DNA of 63,258 nt, counting the filler, from Octopus bimaculoides (lineage: Eukaryota): the NCBI RefSeq assembly GCF_001194135.2. It is 6 parts of 5 records of this genome, joined end to end, with 100 filler letters (N's around TTAATTAATTAA, not from the genome) between each part and the next. Parts side by side here need not be neighbours in the genome. Positions count along the whole stretch, not along the records: positions 59,988 to 63,258 come from NC_068985.1; 5 more parts are not named here. One strand, given 5' to 3'. The notes below the pieces were generated by a model, which saw only the letters and a list, made by a program, of their open reading frames with translations, was not told the DNA's origin and did not search any database. The translations under genes were made by a program, and so were the position numbers. Shown here one piece after another: positions 62,273 to 63,258 of the stretch; position 1 is the stretch's first letter, and every line of letters starts with the position of its first letter.

Positions 62273-62960
62273 AATTTCTCGAGCAGGCTGTTCCGTTGAT
62301 TGGATAAATGTAACCCTCGTCGTCGTAACCGACGGAGTGCCGTATTAATGAAGAAGACAATGACAACAAAATTCTTTGTTACTAGCAGCAATAGTACTTC
62401 CAACGATTTCTCTTCAATGAAGTTTAAAGTATTAATTATAACATGCGTTTTTGCTTTTAATTCTGTGAATGTCATATCACTGTCATTTGTAGAGAAGAGT
62501 TAACTTCCTGAGTTGAAATATTCATTTTAATAAACGAAGGATTAAGAAAATGAAAAAGAACAAAAAATTAGCTGGGAAATATTTTAAGATAATTTTTTCT
62601 TCTAATTATTTTTCATTTTACTAGGATGATTTGAAAAGAAAATGCAGTAGCCTTGCAAATTGTATTTATCAGGGATAAACTTCATGAAAAGAATAATGAT
62701 CCCACTTGATGGAGTTCTGTTTAGGCAAACAGGACAATAAACGAGGATTATTAGCGCGAAGAGACCATACAGTTCTTACTGATAAATCGTTATTCTTTTA
62801 TCATATGCGTTCTTTCTTTATAAGCGCACTCTAGACATACATACACACATGCATGCATGCATATATACGTACATATATATATATATGAGCATGTCTAGAT
62901 ATGCAACTATATGCATGAGAATACATACATGCAAACATACATACATACAAACAAAAATAT

Positions 62961-63258
62961 CCTGTTGTTGATGTTGAAAATCCAATGAAGGAGCCTTGGA
63001 TCTAGGTTAGAAACCGGTTCATTTTCTATTGGTAATCTTGAAATAAGCTGAATAATGACATACATACATACTTACTTACATGCATACATAATACATACAT
63101 GCATACATACATACATACATACATACATACATACATACATACATACGTACGTACGTACATACATACATACATACATACATACATACATACCCTGTTGTTG
63201 ATGTTGAAATTACAATGAAGTAGCCTTGGATCTTGGTTAGAAACCGATTCTTTCTCTA
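62961..63258 (+). repeat. Two 68-bp direct repeats (62961-63028, 63191-63258) separated by (TACA)n
   Basis: CCTGTTGTTGATGTTGAAA..CAATGAAG.AGCCTTGGATCT.GGTTAGAAACCG.TTC. Confidence 0.85.

Overview
A 63 kb, AT-rich, microsatellite-dense animal genomic window with many N gaps. Five of the gaps are artificial 100-bp joins (44 N + TTAATTAATTAA + 44 N). The SINE families resemble those I recognise from octopus genomes (inference). No intact host protein-coding gene, rRNA, tRNA or CRISPR array is supported. The window is a collection of decayed mobile elements: a Ty3/Gypsy LTR retrotransposon (9525-13716, minus strand), two Penelope-like elements (YRDD/GIY-YIG and YLDD types), LINE fragments (Tx1/L1, R4/Dong x2, HERO-like, RTE, CR1), three mariner relics, a Helitron-like element, a nested foldback/MITE pair carrying (TTAGGG)n, and three tRNA-derived SINE families. 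The ORF track does not show the most interesting signal: about ten hammerhead ribozyme motifs from at least six sequence families. One (54509-54574) has a fully canonical catalytic core and lies in a 520-bp direct-repeat unit, like a retrozyme or Penelope pseudo-LTR. A cluster of long inverted repeats lies at 34.2-36.3 kb. All calls are by eye; element edges are approximate unless a TIR, TSD or motif is quoted.
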